Shown here piece by piece: positions 52,668-64,000 of a stretch of 64,000 nt of DNA. Source of the DNA: Calditrichia bacterium. GTDB taxonomy: Bacteria; Calditrichota; Calditrichia; JAJRVZ01. The notes under the pieces were generated by a model. The model was not told the DNA's origin. It worked only from the letters and a program-made list of their open reading frames with translations, and did not search any database. The stretch is from assembly GCA_963796965.1 (NCBI GenBank), contig CAWCNS010000004.1, positions 960,001-1,024,000 on the forward strand. The letters run 5' to 3'. The position numbers and the translations under genes were made by a program. Each line of letters opens with the position of its first letter. The first letter of the stretch is position 1.

Positions 52668-54070
52668 ATAATAAAAGTTATCCAGTAAAGAGAAAAGAAG
52701 AAATAAAACTCCGAATCGAAAAACTGGCCTTTGGTGGAAAAGGTATCGGCCGTATCGATGATTACGTTATATTTGTAGATAAATCGCTTCCCGGTGATCT
52801 TGTTCAGGCCAGAGTTTATAAGAGGAAATCCAATTTTGCCCAGGCCAGGGTAATTGAACTTTTAGAATCATCCCCCCTCAGACAAGAAGCGCCCTGTCCG
52901 TATTTTGGATGGTGTGGAGGATGTATATGGCAGAACCTGACCTATCAGGAGCAGTTATCTGTAAAACGTGATCATGTCATAGACAGCCTGAAGCAGATTA
53001 GCGGTTTATCTGATGTTGAGGTAGGGAAAACCTTACCCTCCCCTCAAATTTGGGGCTATCGTAATAAAATGGAGTTTTCATTCTCTGACCGGCGGTGGCT
53101 GCTGCCTGCGGAAATGGGCGATCCTCTGAAAAATACGGACTTTGCCCTGGGGTTACATATTCCGGGAACCTTTGACAAGATCCTTGATATTGAGAATTGT
53201 CTATTACAAAGCGAGTCGGCTAACAATGTGTTAAATACGGTACGTGAGTATGCGCTTCAAAATGGTTTAATCCCTTATGGCGTACATTCACAAGAGGGTT
53301 TCCTTAGATTTTTAGTGATCAGGCAAAGCCTTTACAATGGCCAGATCATGGCGAATATCGTTACTTCTACAAGGAGTCCTAAACTTTTAGAGGGGCTGGC
53401 TGAGGAGATACAAAGGGGAATACCCGAGGTTACAAGTATTATTAATACGATCAATTCTAAAAAAGCACAAGTTGCATTTGGGGATGAAGAGGTTGTACTT
53501 GCGGGGAATTCATATATTCAGGATAAAATTGGAGATTTTGTATTCAATATTTCAGCAAATTCTTTTTTTCAAACGAACACGGCCCAGGCGCAACGCTTAT
53601 ATTTAACTGTGATGGCGTATGCGAATCTGAAGGGAGATGAGATTGTCTGGGACTTATATGCAGGAACGGGTACTATATCTCTCTTTTTAGCTCAGAAGAC
53701 AGGTTATGTTTATGCGCTTGAGCTAGTAGAAAGCGCTGTCCGAGATGGAATCGAAAATGCCAGAATCCACAATATTGACAATATAAAATTTATTCAAGGG
53801 GACATTTTAGAAAGCGTAAATAATATTGATCAGCAAGCAGAGGTGGTGGTTGTTGATCCTCCCCGCTCAGGGATTCATCCCAAAGTATGCCATTATTTGG
53901 CAGAGTGTGGAGCAGAGCGCATAATATATGTCTCATGTAATCCCACCACTATGGCCAGGGACATTGAGCTGTTGGCAAAAAATTATAAAGTTATAAAAGT
54001 TCAACCAGTTGATATGTTCCCACATACCTATCATATTGAAACAGTATGTCTACTTAAAAAAATATTATGA
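52664..54070 (+). CDS. rlmD: 23S rRNA (uracil-1939-C5)-methyltransferase
   Basis: TRAM domain, CPYFGWCGGC, SFFQTN, DLYAGTG, DPPRSG, YVSCNP. Confidence 0.93.
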   Translation: MNNKSYPVKRKEEIKLRIEKLAFGGKGIGRIDDYVIFVDKSLPGDLVQARVYKRKSNFAQARVIELLESSPLRQEAPCPYFGWCGGCIWQNLTYQEQLSVKRDHVIDSLKQISGLSDVEVGKTLPSPQIWGYRNKMEFSFSDRRWLLPAEMGDPLKNTDFALGLHIPGTFDKILDIENCLLQSESANNVLNTVREYALQNGLIPYGVHSQEGFLRFLVIRQSLYNGQIMANIVTSTRSPKLLEGLAEEIQRGIPEVTSIINTINSKKAQVAFGDEEVVLAGNSYIQDKIGDFVFNISANSFFQTNTAQAQRLYLTVMAYANLKGDEIVWDLYAGTGTISLFLAQKTGYVYALELVESAVRDGIENARIHNIDNIKFIQGDILESVNNIDQQAEVVVVDPPRSGIHPKVCHYLAECGAERIIYVSCNPTTMARDIELLAKNYKVIKVQPVDMFPHTYHIETVCLLKKIL

Positions 54071-54669
54071 GAAAATTATCATATCAGGAGATTTTTTCAA
54101 CAAGACCAACTCTTGCACAACTTTCTTCTCAGAAACGTTTTCCTCTTTATGCTTTATGTGAGAATATTCGAAGTTTGTACAATGTAGGAAGTATTTTTCG
54201 TACCTCTGATGCTGTGTGTCTTGAGAAATTATATTTATCCGGTTATACGGGATATCCCCCAAGAAAAGAAATTGATAAAACTGCCCTGGGTGCTGTTGAA
54301 AGTGTGAATTGGGAACATTATAAAAATCCACAGGATGCAATTCTGGAATTGAAAAATCGGGACATAACTATTATAGCATTAGAACATACCTCGGCCAGTA
54401 TACCCTATTATGAATTTGAGTTTAAATTTCCTTTTTGTCTATTACTTGGTAATGAGGTTGAAGGCCTTTCAGCGGAACTAATCCAGTCAGCAGATGCCGC
54501 CGTCGAAATACCAATGTTCGGATTAAAGCAATCATTAAATGTGGCTGTAGCCTATGGCATTGTAATGTATCATGCCATGGTAAAATACCAAGAACATCAT
54601 TTTGACAGTAAAATTAAACCTGAATCAGAACCACAGAATCATATTGACAAAGTTCACAAATACGAATAA
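54067..54669 (+). CDS. TrmH/SpoU family RNA methyltransferase
   Basis: NIRSLYNVGSIFRT, LGNEVEG, IPMFG..SLNVAVA. Confidence 0.92.
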   Translation: MRKLSYQEIFSTRPTLAQLSSQKRFPLYALCENIRSLYNVGSIFRTSDAVCLEKLYLSGYTGYPPRKEIDKTALGAVESVNWEHYKNPQDAILELKNRDITIIALEHTSASIPYYEFEFKFPFCLLLGNEVEGLSAELIQSADAAVEIPMFGLKQSLNVAVAYGIVMYHAMVKYQEHHFDSKIKPESEPQNHIDKVHKYE

Positions 54670-54966
54670 ATTCGAATATTATTTTTATATATCTTATTGA
54701 GATAACTATATTTCTGCCGATCATTCTATTAAAATCATTTTAAGTTAAATTCAAGATTCAGATTTATTATGCATTAAGAGAACTAAGTTAAGGCCATCAA
54801 TTTATTTCAAGTTCTACATGATTGCTATATTAATTGATAGATAGATGTAATAGATTAAAGATATTAGCTTTGTGTTCTCTGTGATTGGATAAAGTTTCGA
54901 AAAGAATTTTCTTAAAGATAACTTACTTTAAATTATTCTGGATTGAGAGCATTTCCAGGACGACGC

Positions 54967-56488
54967 ATGTCAACTAATAGAATATTATTACTCGAAGAAG
55001 ATAATAAAAGAGGCGAATTACTGGATTCCTTATTCAAGGAAAATCAGGCTGAGGTATTTATAGCTGAAAAATATCTCGGAAGCTGAAAAGCTGGTACAGA
55101 CTCCTGAATTATCACTTATATTGCTTGATTACCACGATATTATAGATTTTAAACGAAATGAACTCATTAACCTGTTTAAAGGAGCAAGACGGACCAAATT
55201 TATTGTATTTAATGTCCCGGATGATGCTACGCGCCGCATTGCTTTTTACAAGTTGGGTGCCTATCGAATTTTGAGTGTCCATTATGACATTGAGGATGTC
55301 TACTTTTTTAGTCAAAATTTGCTTTCAAATGATAAGCCTACTCAGGATCAAAAAGAATCACATTTTAGCGGCCGTTTACAGGATTTTAATCTCCCGGGTT
55401 TAATCAATAATTTTGGTAAGGATAAGCGATCAGGTGTTCTCCGGTTGCAATCAAGTTTGAGCTCCGGAAAAATTTATTTTGACTATGGGCATATCTATCA
55501 TGCATCGGTCGGGAATTTAAAAAATGATGAAGCAGTACTCTATATGCTGACCTGGTCCACCGGGCAGTTTAGCATGAGTCCGCTCAAACAAAAGACTGTC
55601 AATGCACGGGTTCGCCTCAGCAATGTAGGATTGTTGCTTCTTTCAGAGTCAATGCGTGATGAGTACTATGAAAAAATTGAAGATTTAGGAGGTCTACAGA
55701 AAGAAGTGTCTGTTATAAATCAGGGTGATTTACTTGAACAGGAGAAAGACCCACAGTTTAGAAATTTTATAGAAAAATTAAACATCTTTAGACCTGTATT
55801 TAGCATAATCGAGAATAGCCCCTACGACGTCATAGCTACCCTGGATCAATTGACAACTTTAAAGAATAATGGGAATTTGCAATTTAAGGAACAGGAAGAA
55901 GAGTCGGTTGAAGAGTTTCCGATTGAGTCAATCCAGAAGAGCAGTGGGCTAATCGAACGGTTGCTCACGGCTGAAGAAGTTAGTACTTTGCGAGATATTT
56001 TACAGGCCTCGGAACTCATCAGTGGAAAACTTTTGGTTCTTGGGAGTAATACAAGTGGTAAGACAGATTTTATTCGAAAATTTAATCAAGGTAGTGTTAG
56101 TGCAGTGCGCAGTGACCAGGATCTGGATTTCACAACCATTGAGCTAACAAATGATTTTCATCTTCAGCTCTTTGGAGTAACCATAACGGAGAGACTTTCA
56201 CAAATTATTGAAAAGCTTTCTGAAAATCTTCTTGGTTATATCTTTCTTATTGATGCTGAGGATTTTGATGGACTTGAATATGTCAATTATATTATCAACA
56301 ATTTAACCAGCTTACATGTGGTACCCTGGACCATTGCAGTCACAAATCTTAAAAAAGGAGGGAAGAAAATTCCTCCGAAGATTAAATCAGGTATCGTTCT
56401 TCCCAAAGGGAAAAAACTTCTAATTTGCGATGTGTCCGACAAAGCAGATGTTCGTAAGGTTATCATGTCATTAAATATCTCAAAATAG
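54967..56488 (+). CDS. Atypical receiver + DUF4388 (PATAN) + C-terminal MglA/CvnD-like small GTPase domain; +1 frameshift in A-run near 55070
   Basis: ATG 54967 RILLLEED...LILLD; FSGRLQDFNLPGLI..SGVLRL..GKIYF..G.I.HA..W..G.F; KLLVLGSNTSGKT, LDF..I.L, GYIFLID. Confidence 0.75.
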
Positions 56489-56510
56489 AATTTGAGGGTG
56501 AGAATATAAG

Positions 56511-57674
56511 ATGGTTGATGGACTAGTTATCACAGAAAATATTGCTCTTTTTGAGGAATTAAATATCAATTTCTCAAATGAGCGAAATCATTTGGAATAT
56601 GCCAATTCCGTGGATTCTGCAAAAGAAATCGTTGCCATGGAAGTGCCGGACTTTATTGCAATCATAGAAAAAAAGGTGGAGAACACCCAAAAAATATTGG
56701 AAGAATTATTTAGAGATGAAACTATTAAAAAAATTCCTACCCTATGTTTTTTATCTAACCATGAATGGATGATGCGTGGCCAACTCTGGCCTGAAGGTGT
56801 TCGTGATATAATAAAACTTCCAATCGCAAAAAATGAGTTGACCTTTCAATTAGATAATTTTATCAATGAAATATCCGATATCAGTATTGATCAGGACGAA
56901 GCGGGAATGTTTGGTAAACTTGAAGATTATAATTTACTAGATTTGATTCAAACTCTGGAAAGTAGCCATAAAACGGGTGTTTTGATTCTATACCGGTCTC
57001 GTGAAGAAGGTAAAATCTGGATTGAAGATGGACAAATACAAGATGCAAAGTACAGATCTTTCGAACCTGTTAATTCAATTTTGAAGATGGTATCCTGGCT
57101 TGATGGAGATTTCTCAATCACCTTTGTTGAAGAGAATTATGAAAAGACAATTGAAAGCAGTAATCAGGATATACTTTTGGAAGCTATTCAACACTTAGAT
57201 GATCGAAACCGGATTCTCAATTCTCTTCCTGACAGAAATGAAACCTTATTAATATCTCCAGAGGCTGATATGGACAAAATGGAGGAGAACACGGTTAATT
57301 ATCTCAGATTTTTCCATGGTGGTCATGCCATTGCCTCATTTTTGGATGCCTTTGATCAGGATGACCTGACGCTTCTTGGAATCATCCAGGAATTTGTTGA
57401 AAAAAAGCTCATCATGACACAGAAACAATTTGACGATCATTTTGCTGAGATGGAACAGCAGGCTGAAGAGGCCGGTATTAAAAAGGTGTTCAAAAGATTT
57501 TTTACAAAGAAAGATGATCAGAGTGATGCAAAGTCGGATTTAGGAACGAGTGAGATGAAGATCAAGGATTCTGAGGAATACATCGCACATATGAGATTTA
57601 ACGATCTTCGGTTCAATCCTCATAATGGGAATATTGATTTAAAAAAAATACACAATTTAATTGAAAAGATATAG
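56511..57674 (+). CDS. Pseudo-receiver + DUF4388 (PATAN) protein
   Basis: MFGKLEDYNLLDLIQTL..KTGVL..GKIWIEDGQI.DA..W.DGDF; N-terminal receiver-like fold (PDFIAI, DIIKLP) without canonical Asp residues. Confidence 0.8.
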   Translation: MVDGLVITENIALFEELNINFSNERNHLEYANSVDSAKEIVAMEVPDFIAIIEKKVENTQKILEELFRDETIKKIPTLCFLSNHEWMMRGQLWPEGVRDIIKLPIAKNELTFQLDNFINEISDISIDQDEAGMFGKLEDYNLLDLIQTLESSHKTGVLILYRSREEGKIWIEDGQIQDAKYRSFEPVNSILKMVSWLDGDFSITFVEENYEKTIESSNQDILLEAIQHLDDRNRILNSLPDRNETLLISPEADMDKMEENTVNYLRFFHGGHAIASFLDAFDQDDLTLLGIIQEFVEKKLIMTQKQFDDHFAEMEQQAEEAGIKKVFKRFFTKKDDQSDAKSDLGTSEMKIKDSEEYIAHMRFNDLRFNPHNGNIDLKKIHNLIEKI

Positions 57675-58145
57675 ATGAATATTATTGAATTACCTGTTAT
57701 TGGTAGTCGGCATAACCAAACAGAGAATATTTTCTCTCTTCTATCTGACCTGTCTCTTAGAAATTTTGAGGGGATGGATCTTGGAATTGTTGATCTTGAG
57801 AAACAATGTCAAATATACTTTTATTTTCTTACTCAGGAGAATGACCAGTATCATTATCTATGGGACTTGGTTATTCCGCACGCCATGGCTTGTATTTTGA
57901 TTTTTGATTGGCAGGATCCACGCTCTATTGAAAAGAATCTTCAAACAATAGAATATATTGAACAAAGATTTTCAACACCGCTCCACATATGTTCACTTCC
58001 GGCTGAGAATGATATTCCGGATGACCTTATCAAAGAAGAATTGGAAGTTCATGGAAATCGTAGTCTCCACACTTTTGATCCAAACAGCAAGGATTCGGCA
58101 AAAGAAGTTTTACTACAACTCTTTAAAAGTCTGACTGATGACTAG
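57675..58145 (+). CDS. Degenerate small GTPase-like protein
   Basis: LPVIG; MDLGIVDL..QIYFY..YHYLWDLVIPHAMACILIFD resembles the CvnD/MglA core, but there is no GKT P-loop. Confidence 0.55.
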   Translation: MNIIELPVIGSRHNQTENIFSLLSDLSLRNFEGMDLGIVDLEKQCQIYFYFLTQENDQYHYLWDLVIPHAMACILIFDWQDPRSIEKNLQTIEYIEQRFSTPLHICSLPAENDIPDDLIKEELEVHGNRSLHTFDPNSKDSAKEVLLQLFKSLTDD

Positions 58146-59539
58146 TTTACGCCTTTAGTTTTATCTTCATATAAATACTCAAATATTTGTTCCTCAACCC
58201 TGATAAAATGTGTTCTTGAAGAATAAGTTGGTTCAAGATTTATTCTTATTTTATAGGTTCCAGGGGGAACGCGTTTACCAGGAGTTACAATGTCCGACCA
58301 GGTCAAATCTTCATTCTTCACGATTTTTACCCCTGTTTTAGCGACAATTCCGTTCCATTCTATATGCTGCTTATCTAGTGGCCCAATCATTCTTCGATGT
58401 GCTATACGGGTTATAAAGTTTCCATCTTCATCAACAATGTCAGCCCAAAAGTAAGAATGTTCGGTCGCCATAAATGAAAATATAATTTTTCTGGTTTTGG
58501 AAGATATTGAGAAATCCTTCAGATCTGTTCCTACCCAATAATATTGTGCGCCTGATTCCTCTGCGATAAAAATTTGTCCAAATCTTTTGTATATGGTAAT
58601 TCCCCTGGGAGACTGAAATTCATGATCGTCATCCCCCTTCTTCCCGAATGAAACGATATAATCAAGATTATTGCTAAATTTATGAATGCAATGGTTTTTT
58701 GAATCGGTAATTACTAACTGATTATAATAATCCAGACAGGCATATGCTAAATTTACTTCAGTAAATCCAAGATTATTCATTTGAACAGATTTTATTAATT
58801 TACCTTCCAAGGTGAACTTGTTGATACGAGAATTGGAGGAATCAACAACAATCAAAAAGTTTTCTTTTATAAACGTATGTCGTTCCAAACTGTCCGCTAA
58901 TACAATCGCGTTAGGTGCTTGCAGATAACCATCGAATGTAAACGCGTATTTAAAAACATTAGCACTATCAAATACCTGGATACGGTCATTTCCACTATCA
59001 CTCACATAAACATCACCCCAACTAGTCATGGATACCTGTTTTGGATTACGAAACTGTCCCTCGCCATCACCCTCCTTACCAATGACCGCTACATATTCCA
59101 ATTGGTCCTTAGGATTGTGTAAGCGTACAATTCTGTTATTTCCCGTGTCAGCTACATAGACATCCCCTGAGCTGTTTGCACAAATTCCTTTTGGTTCGGA
59201 GAGAGGAATGACATCATCTTCATCCAGTTCAAAGACACCCAGTTTCCACATAGACTTATTATAAATGATATTATTTTGCCCGGAATTGATTCCATAGACG
59301 GTAACTTCATCATCATCATGTGGATCATCAGGATCTTCCCAGGAATCAAGTCTTACACACGCTAAACCTTGAGGATCCCGAAATTTAACACTAAATCCCA
59401 TGAGCATAAACAAGGCTGTGGGACCGGCCTTGCGAATTCCATAAGTATGCTTATATGCCGGGAAAACAAAAGTAGTTGGATTATATTCCTCTTCTGGGAG
59501 GGCTATGAGAAAAAATATAACAAGGATAATTGATTTCAC
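58142..59539 (-). CDS. Secreted NHL-repeat beta-propeller protein
   Basis: Repeats P.GI..N.SGDVYVADTGNNRI, GDVYVSDSGNDRIQVF and F.SPRGI; FlgD-Ig-like tail. Confidence 0.85.
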   Translation of the reverse strand: MKSIILVIFFLIALPEEEYNPTTFVFPAYKHTYGIRKAGPTALFMLMGFSVKFRDPQGLACVRLDSWEDPDDPHDDDEVTVYGINSGQNNIIYNKSMWKLGVFELDEDDVIPLSEPKGICANSSGDVYVADTGNNRIVRLHNPKDQLEYVAVIGKEGDGEGQFRNPKQVSMTSWGDVYVSDSGNDRIQVFDSANVFKYAFTFDGYLQAPNAIVLADSLERHTFIKENFLIVVDSSNSRINKFTLEGKLIKSVQMNNLGFTEVNLAYACLDYYNQLVITDSKNHCIHKFSNNLDYIVSFGKKGDDDHEFQSPRGITIYKRFGQIFIAEESGAQYYWVGTDLKDFSISSKTRKIIFSFMATEHSYFWADIVDEDGNFITRIAHRRMIGPLDKQHIEWNGIVAKTGVKIVKNEDLTWSDIVTPGKRVPPGTYKIRINLEPTYSSRTHFIRVEEQIFEYLYEDKTKGVN

Positions 59540-59580
59540 TTTTTGGGACTCAATGTTTGTAAACTAGTTTCGAATTTTAA

Positions 59581-59750
59581 GACAGGATAACAGGATCTAC
59601 AAGAGATGAAAGTATTTAAAATAACTTCGAACTCTTCGTGCCTCCTTTGTGCTACTTCGTGATATTCTTTACTAACACGAAGCCCACGAAGAGTGCGCAA
59701 AGAACTATGATGATTTTTGATTTTAATCCTGTAGATCCTGTTATCCTGTC
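59581..59750. repeat. Nested nonamer-type inverted repeats
   Basis: Perfect 21-bp IR GACAGGATAACAGGATCTACA / TGTAGATCCTGTTATCCTGTC enclosing CTTCGTG / CACGAAG repeat arms. Confidence 0.85.
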
Positions 59751-59768
59751 AAACAAAGTAGAATCATT

Positions 59769-61598
59769 CTAAGGGCGATTATTTTTGTGTAGATGATCAT
59801 AAAGTTTTTGGGCCAGTTCTTCAGGGAGATTGCCTTCTTCCTTGAAAATCTCAACATTGAGTGTCTCCATGTTTTTTATAGAACCAAATTTTTTTAAAAG
59901 TGCATTTCTACGTTTTTCTCCAATTCCGGGGACTTCATCTAAGGTTGATTTTATTGTACGTTTCTTTCTTTTTTGGCGGTGGAACGTTATGGCAAAACGA
60001 TGTGCTTCATCTCTGATCTGCTGCAGCAACTTAAGACTTGATGAGGTTCGTGGCAGCATCTGGGCATCAGATATGCCAGGAAGAAAGACTTCTTCCAACC
60101 GTTTTGCTAATCCAATTATCGCCTGGTCATTGATATTCAATTTAGCCATAACCGAGAGGGCACTCGAGAGCTGTCCCTTTCCGCCATCAACGATGATAAG
60201 ATCCGGGAAGTCCTTCTTCTCTGATACTAATCGGGTGTATCGGCGTTCGATGACTTCCCGCATCATTGCAAAATCATCGGGTGTAGATTTTACTCTTATC
60301 GCATATTTTCTGTATTCAGATTTTTTTGGGCGCCCATTCAAAAAACAGACCATTGAGGCCACAGGATCACTTCCTTGAATATTGGAGATATCAAAACATT
60401 CAATTCGTTTTGGTGTTTTCGGGAGGCGAAGATCGCGCTGCAGGGATTTTAGTACATGGGGTACATAATCTTTCGATTTCATTTTTTGAAGTTTTAATTC
60501 TTCTAATAAATACTTTGCATTCTTCTGACACATGGTGATCAACTTCTTTTTATCACCAACTTTAGGTACATGAATTGAAACACGAGATTCGACTCTTGAA
60601 TTCAACCATTTCTCAGTAACTTTTTGCTGTGCAATTGGCTCCGGTAAAAATATTTCTCGTGGTATCTCGTCGTTACCTGTATAGAATTGATTTATAAAAT
60701 GTGATAATATCTCGGGGGAAGATTTATGCAGAACAGAGGAGAGATAATAATGTACCCGATTTATAACTTTCCCTTCCCTGATCTTAAAAATTACAGCACA
60801 GGCATCATCATCTTCATGGGCCATTGCAAATACATCACGGTCCTCCAGATCAGACATAACGATCTTTTGAGAATTTCTGTATTTTTCCAGGACCTCAATT
60901 TTATCCCTGATCCGTGCGGCTTCTTCGAAATTTTGATCTGCGGCACATAAATGCATTTCATTATCAAGTTGCTCTTTAATATGTGATGTTTTGCCGCGTA
61001 AAAATTCTCTTACCCGCATTATGGTTTCATTATATTCATTCTTGGTTTGTAGTTGCTGACAGGGACCTTTACATTTTTTGATATAATATTCCAGACAAAG
61101 TGAGACTTTTTTATTTTTGATGGTAGTTTTATTTAAATCATACTTACAGGAACGAATGAAAAAAATGCGTTTTAATGTGGTGAGAGCATCCCTCATTTCC
61201 TTCACATTGGTATAGGGGCCAAAATAAGTTGAACCATCGCGTATTATGTTTCTCGTTGGAAATACCTGAGGAAAATCTTCTGCAGTTATCCTGATGAATG
61301 GGAAACTTTTATCATCTTTCAAATTAACATTATATTTCGGCCGGTGTTCTTTTATAAGATTAGCTTCGAGAATTAATGCCTCAACCTCTGAATCAGTTAT
61401 AATAAACTCAAAATCATAAATTTTCCTGGACATGATCAAAATTCGGGGATCAAGGTCTCTTGATTTTTGAAAATATGAGCGAACACGGTTGCGAAGATTT
61501 TTTGCTTTGCCTACATACAGTACTATTTTCTGCTTGTCCTGAAAGAGGTATACGCCGGGTTTGGTGGGGAGATCTTTTAACTTATCATGTACTGGCAT
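59769..61598 (-). CDS. uvrC: Excinuclease ABC subunit C
   Basis: GIY-YIG (PGVYLF, YVGKAKNLRNRV), UVR domain, RIECFDISN, DGGKGQL, RDEAHRFA, HhH. Confidence 0.98.
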   Translation of the reverse strand: MPVHDKLKDLPTKPGVYLFQDKQKIVLYVGKAKNLRNRVRSYFQKSRDLDPRILIMSRKIYDFEFIITDSEVEALILEANLIKEHRPKYNVNLKDDKSFPFIRITAEDFPQVFPTRNIIRDGSTYFGPYTNVKEMRDALTTLKRIFFIRSCKYDLNKTTIKNKKVSLCLEYYIKKCKGPCQQLQTKNEYNETIMRVREFLRGKTSHIKEQLDNEMHLCAADQNFEEAARIRDKIEVLEKYRNSQKIVMSDLEDRDVFAMAHEDDDACAVIFKIREGKVINRVHYYLSSVLHKSSPEILSHFINQFYTGNDEIPREIFLPEPIAQQKVTEKWLNSRVESRVSIHVPKVGDKKKLITMCQKNAKYLLEELKLQKMKSKDYVPHVLKSLQRDLRLPKTPKRIECFDISNIQGSDPVASMVCFLNGRPKKSEYRKYAIRVKSTPDDFAMMREVIERRYTRLVSEKKDFPDLIIVDGGKGQLSSALSVMAKLNINDQAIIGLAKRLEEVFLPGISDAQMLPRTSSSLKLLQQIRDEAHRFAITFHRQKRKKRTIKSTLDEVPGIGEKRRNALLKKFGSIKNMETLNVEIFKEEGNLPEELAQKLYDHLHKNNRP

Positions 61599-61627
61599 AA
61601 TTTCTATTAGGCGAATCTTTCAAAAGA

Positions 61628-62026
61628 TTATGATTCGCAAAGTTCAATTAATATTCCATTAAAACTTAACGGATGGAGGAAGGCGATACGGGTATTCTTT
61701 GCTCCCTTTCTTGGAATTTCATCTATTAACTCAAAACCTCTCTCTTTTAATAGTTTGAGCGATTCATCCAGATCCGTAACGGTAAAAGCGATATGATGAA
61801 TAGCATTCTTGTGTTTTTCCAGAAAGCGGGAAACAGGGGAATCCGGGGATGTAGGCTCAATATATTCTATTGCAGAGTCAGAAAACTTAAAACCGGCGAT
61901 TTTGACTTTTTGGTCAGGTACCTCTTCTAAAAAAGTGGGCTCCAACCCAAATCCTTCCTTAAATGTTTTCAGAATTTCGTTTAAATCTTTTACTGCAATT
62001 CCAATATGGTCTATTTTGTTTAGCAA
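61628..62026 (-). CDS. mce: Methylmalonyl-CoA epimerase (VOC family)
   Basis: IDHIGIAV, HHIAF, IAFLHP..GILIEL. Confidence 0.88.
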   Translation of the reverse strand: MLNKIDHIGIAVKDLNEILKTFKEGFGLEPTFLEEVPDQKVKIAGFKFSDSAIEYIEPTSPDSPVSRFLEKHKNAIHHIAFTVTDLDESLKLLKERGFELIDEIPRKGAKNTRIAFLHPLSFNGILIELCES

Positions 62027-62154
62027 ATTATTCTACCAATTTATTTATGTACTCAAACCCGGCAATAGATATCAATAATAAATAATATGTAATTAGTAAT
62101 TGGTTACTGGTAATTACCCTTTACCCTTAGCCCTTTGCCTTTTGCCTTTTTTTT

Positions 62155-63618
<1,464 letters not shown>

Positions 63619-63800
63619 CTATCCTAACTATCAAATAAAATTTCCTCGTATATAAAACCGGCAGGAAAATCCGTATAGTTGAAAATTATTTAACAATTAA
63701 TTTAAAGAATTATCTTTAGATAAAAAAGTGAAAGGGGTGAAGAAGATGAATTAGATTTATTGAATTGAATTCTGGTGTTTTGCGAATAAAAAAAACGATT

Positions 63801-63852
63801 GACCTCCTCCTTGTCACCCTCCTTACTAAGGAGCGGGAATCAGGGGGAGGTC
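63801..63852. repeat. CCCTCCTT-NNN-AAGGAG REP-like hairpin
   Basis: GACCTCCTCC...CCCTCCTTACTAAGGAGCGGG...GGGGGAGGTC, same family as 23232-23280. Confidence 0.65.
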
Positions 63853-64000
63853 ATTGTTTCAGCATAGCGCTAAGAGCAGAGTGTATAGCGTTTGAGATCA
63901 TCTGCCTTGCGCCATCCGCTTTGCGTTTTAAAAGATCTTGACCATTTCAGTAATGCTACCAAGGACTCTTTCCCTTATGACAGCGGACCACAGATATCTT

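Noticed and set aside
59830..60378. 182-aa ORF antisense to uvrC (also 63149-63655 antisense to guaB and 18178-18621)
   Set aside because: Antisense shadows of conserved genes with no independent coding evidence.

Overview
Bacterial chromosomal segment, AT-rich, with strong GGAGG Shine-Dalgarno sites. The gene content (PorV-type barrel, T9SS-like C-terminal domains, carboxypeptidase-regulatory-like TonB receptor) suggests a non-Bacteroidota FCB-related lineage such as Calditrichota or KSB1; this is inference only. Housekeeping genes include der, era, nfi, pcm, thpR, purL, rlmD, uvrC, mce, guaB and tRNA-Gly(CCC). Four poorly characterised modules stand out. (1) An operon of TonB receptor, T9SS-CTD protein, PorV-like barrel and two Ig-rich lipoproteins (3.6-12.9 kb), behind a candidate sigma54 promoter with tandem palindromes and an SD-led Met-Thr-stop mini-ORF. 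(2) An LPP20 / TPR-SLH / FlgT-N / CsgG-FlgT-C / FecR envelope cluster (17.7-23.1 kb) resembling a non-flagellar FlgOPT-like ring. (3) A candidate sigma54-driven cluster of unknown envelope proteins (45.3-49.7 kb). (4) A receiver-DUF4388(PATAN)-degenerate small GTPase trio (55.0-58.1 kb). There is also an orphan DNA methyltransferase fused to an SNase-like domain and a TPR protein with an excisionase-type HTH. Intergenic DNA is crowded with gene-less repeats: IS200-like remnants with inverted hairpin ends, a 480-bp tandem duplication of a hairpin cassette, heptamer and nonamer inverted arms, and a GTAG REP palindrome. Six genes each carry a single +1 frameshift, and OPT and purL carry many, most likely sequencing or assembly errors.
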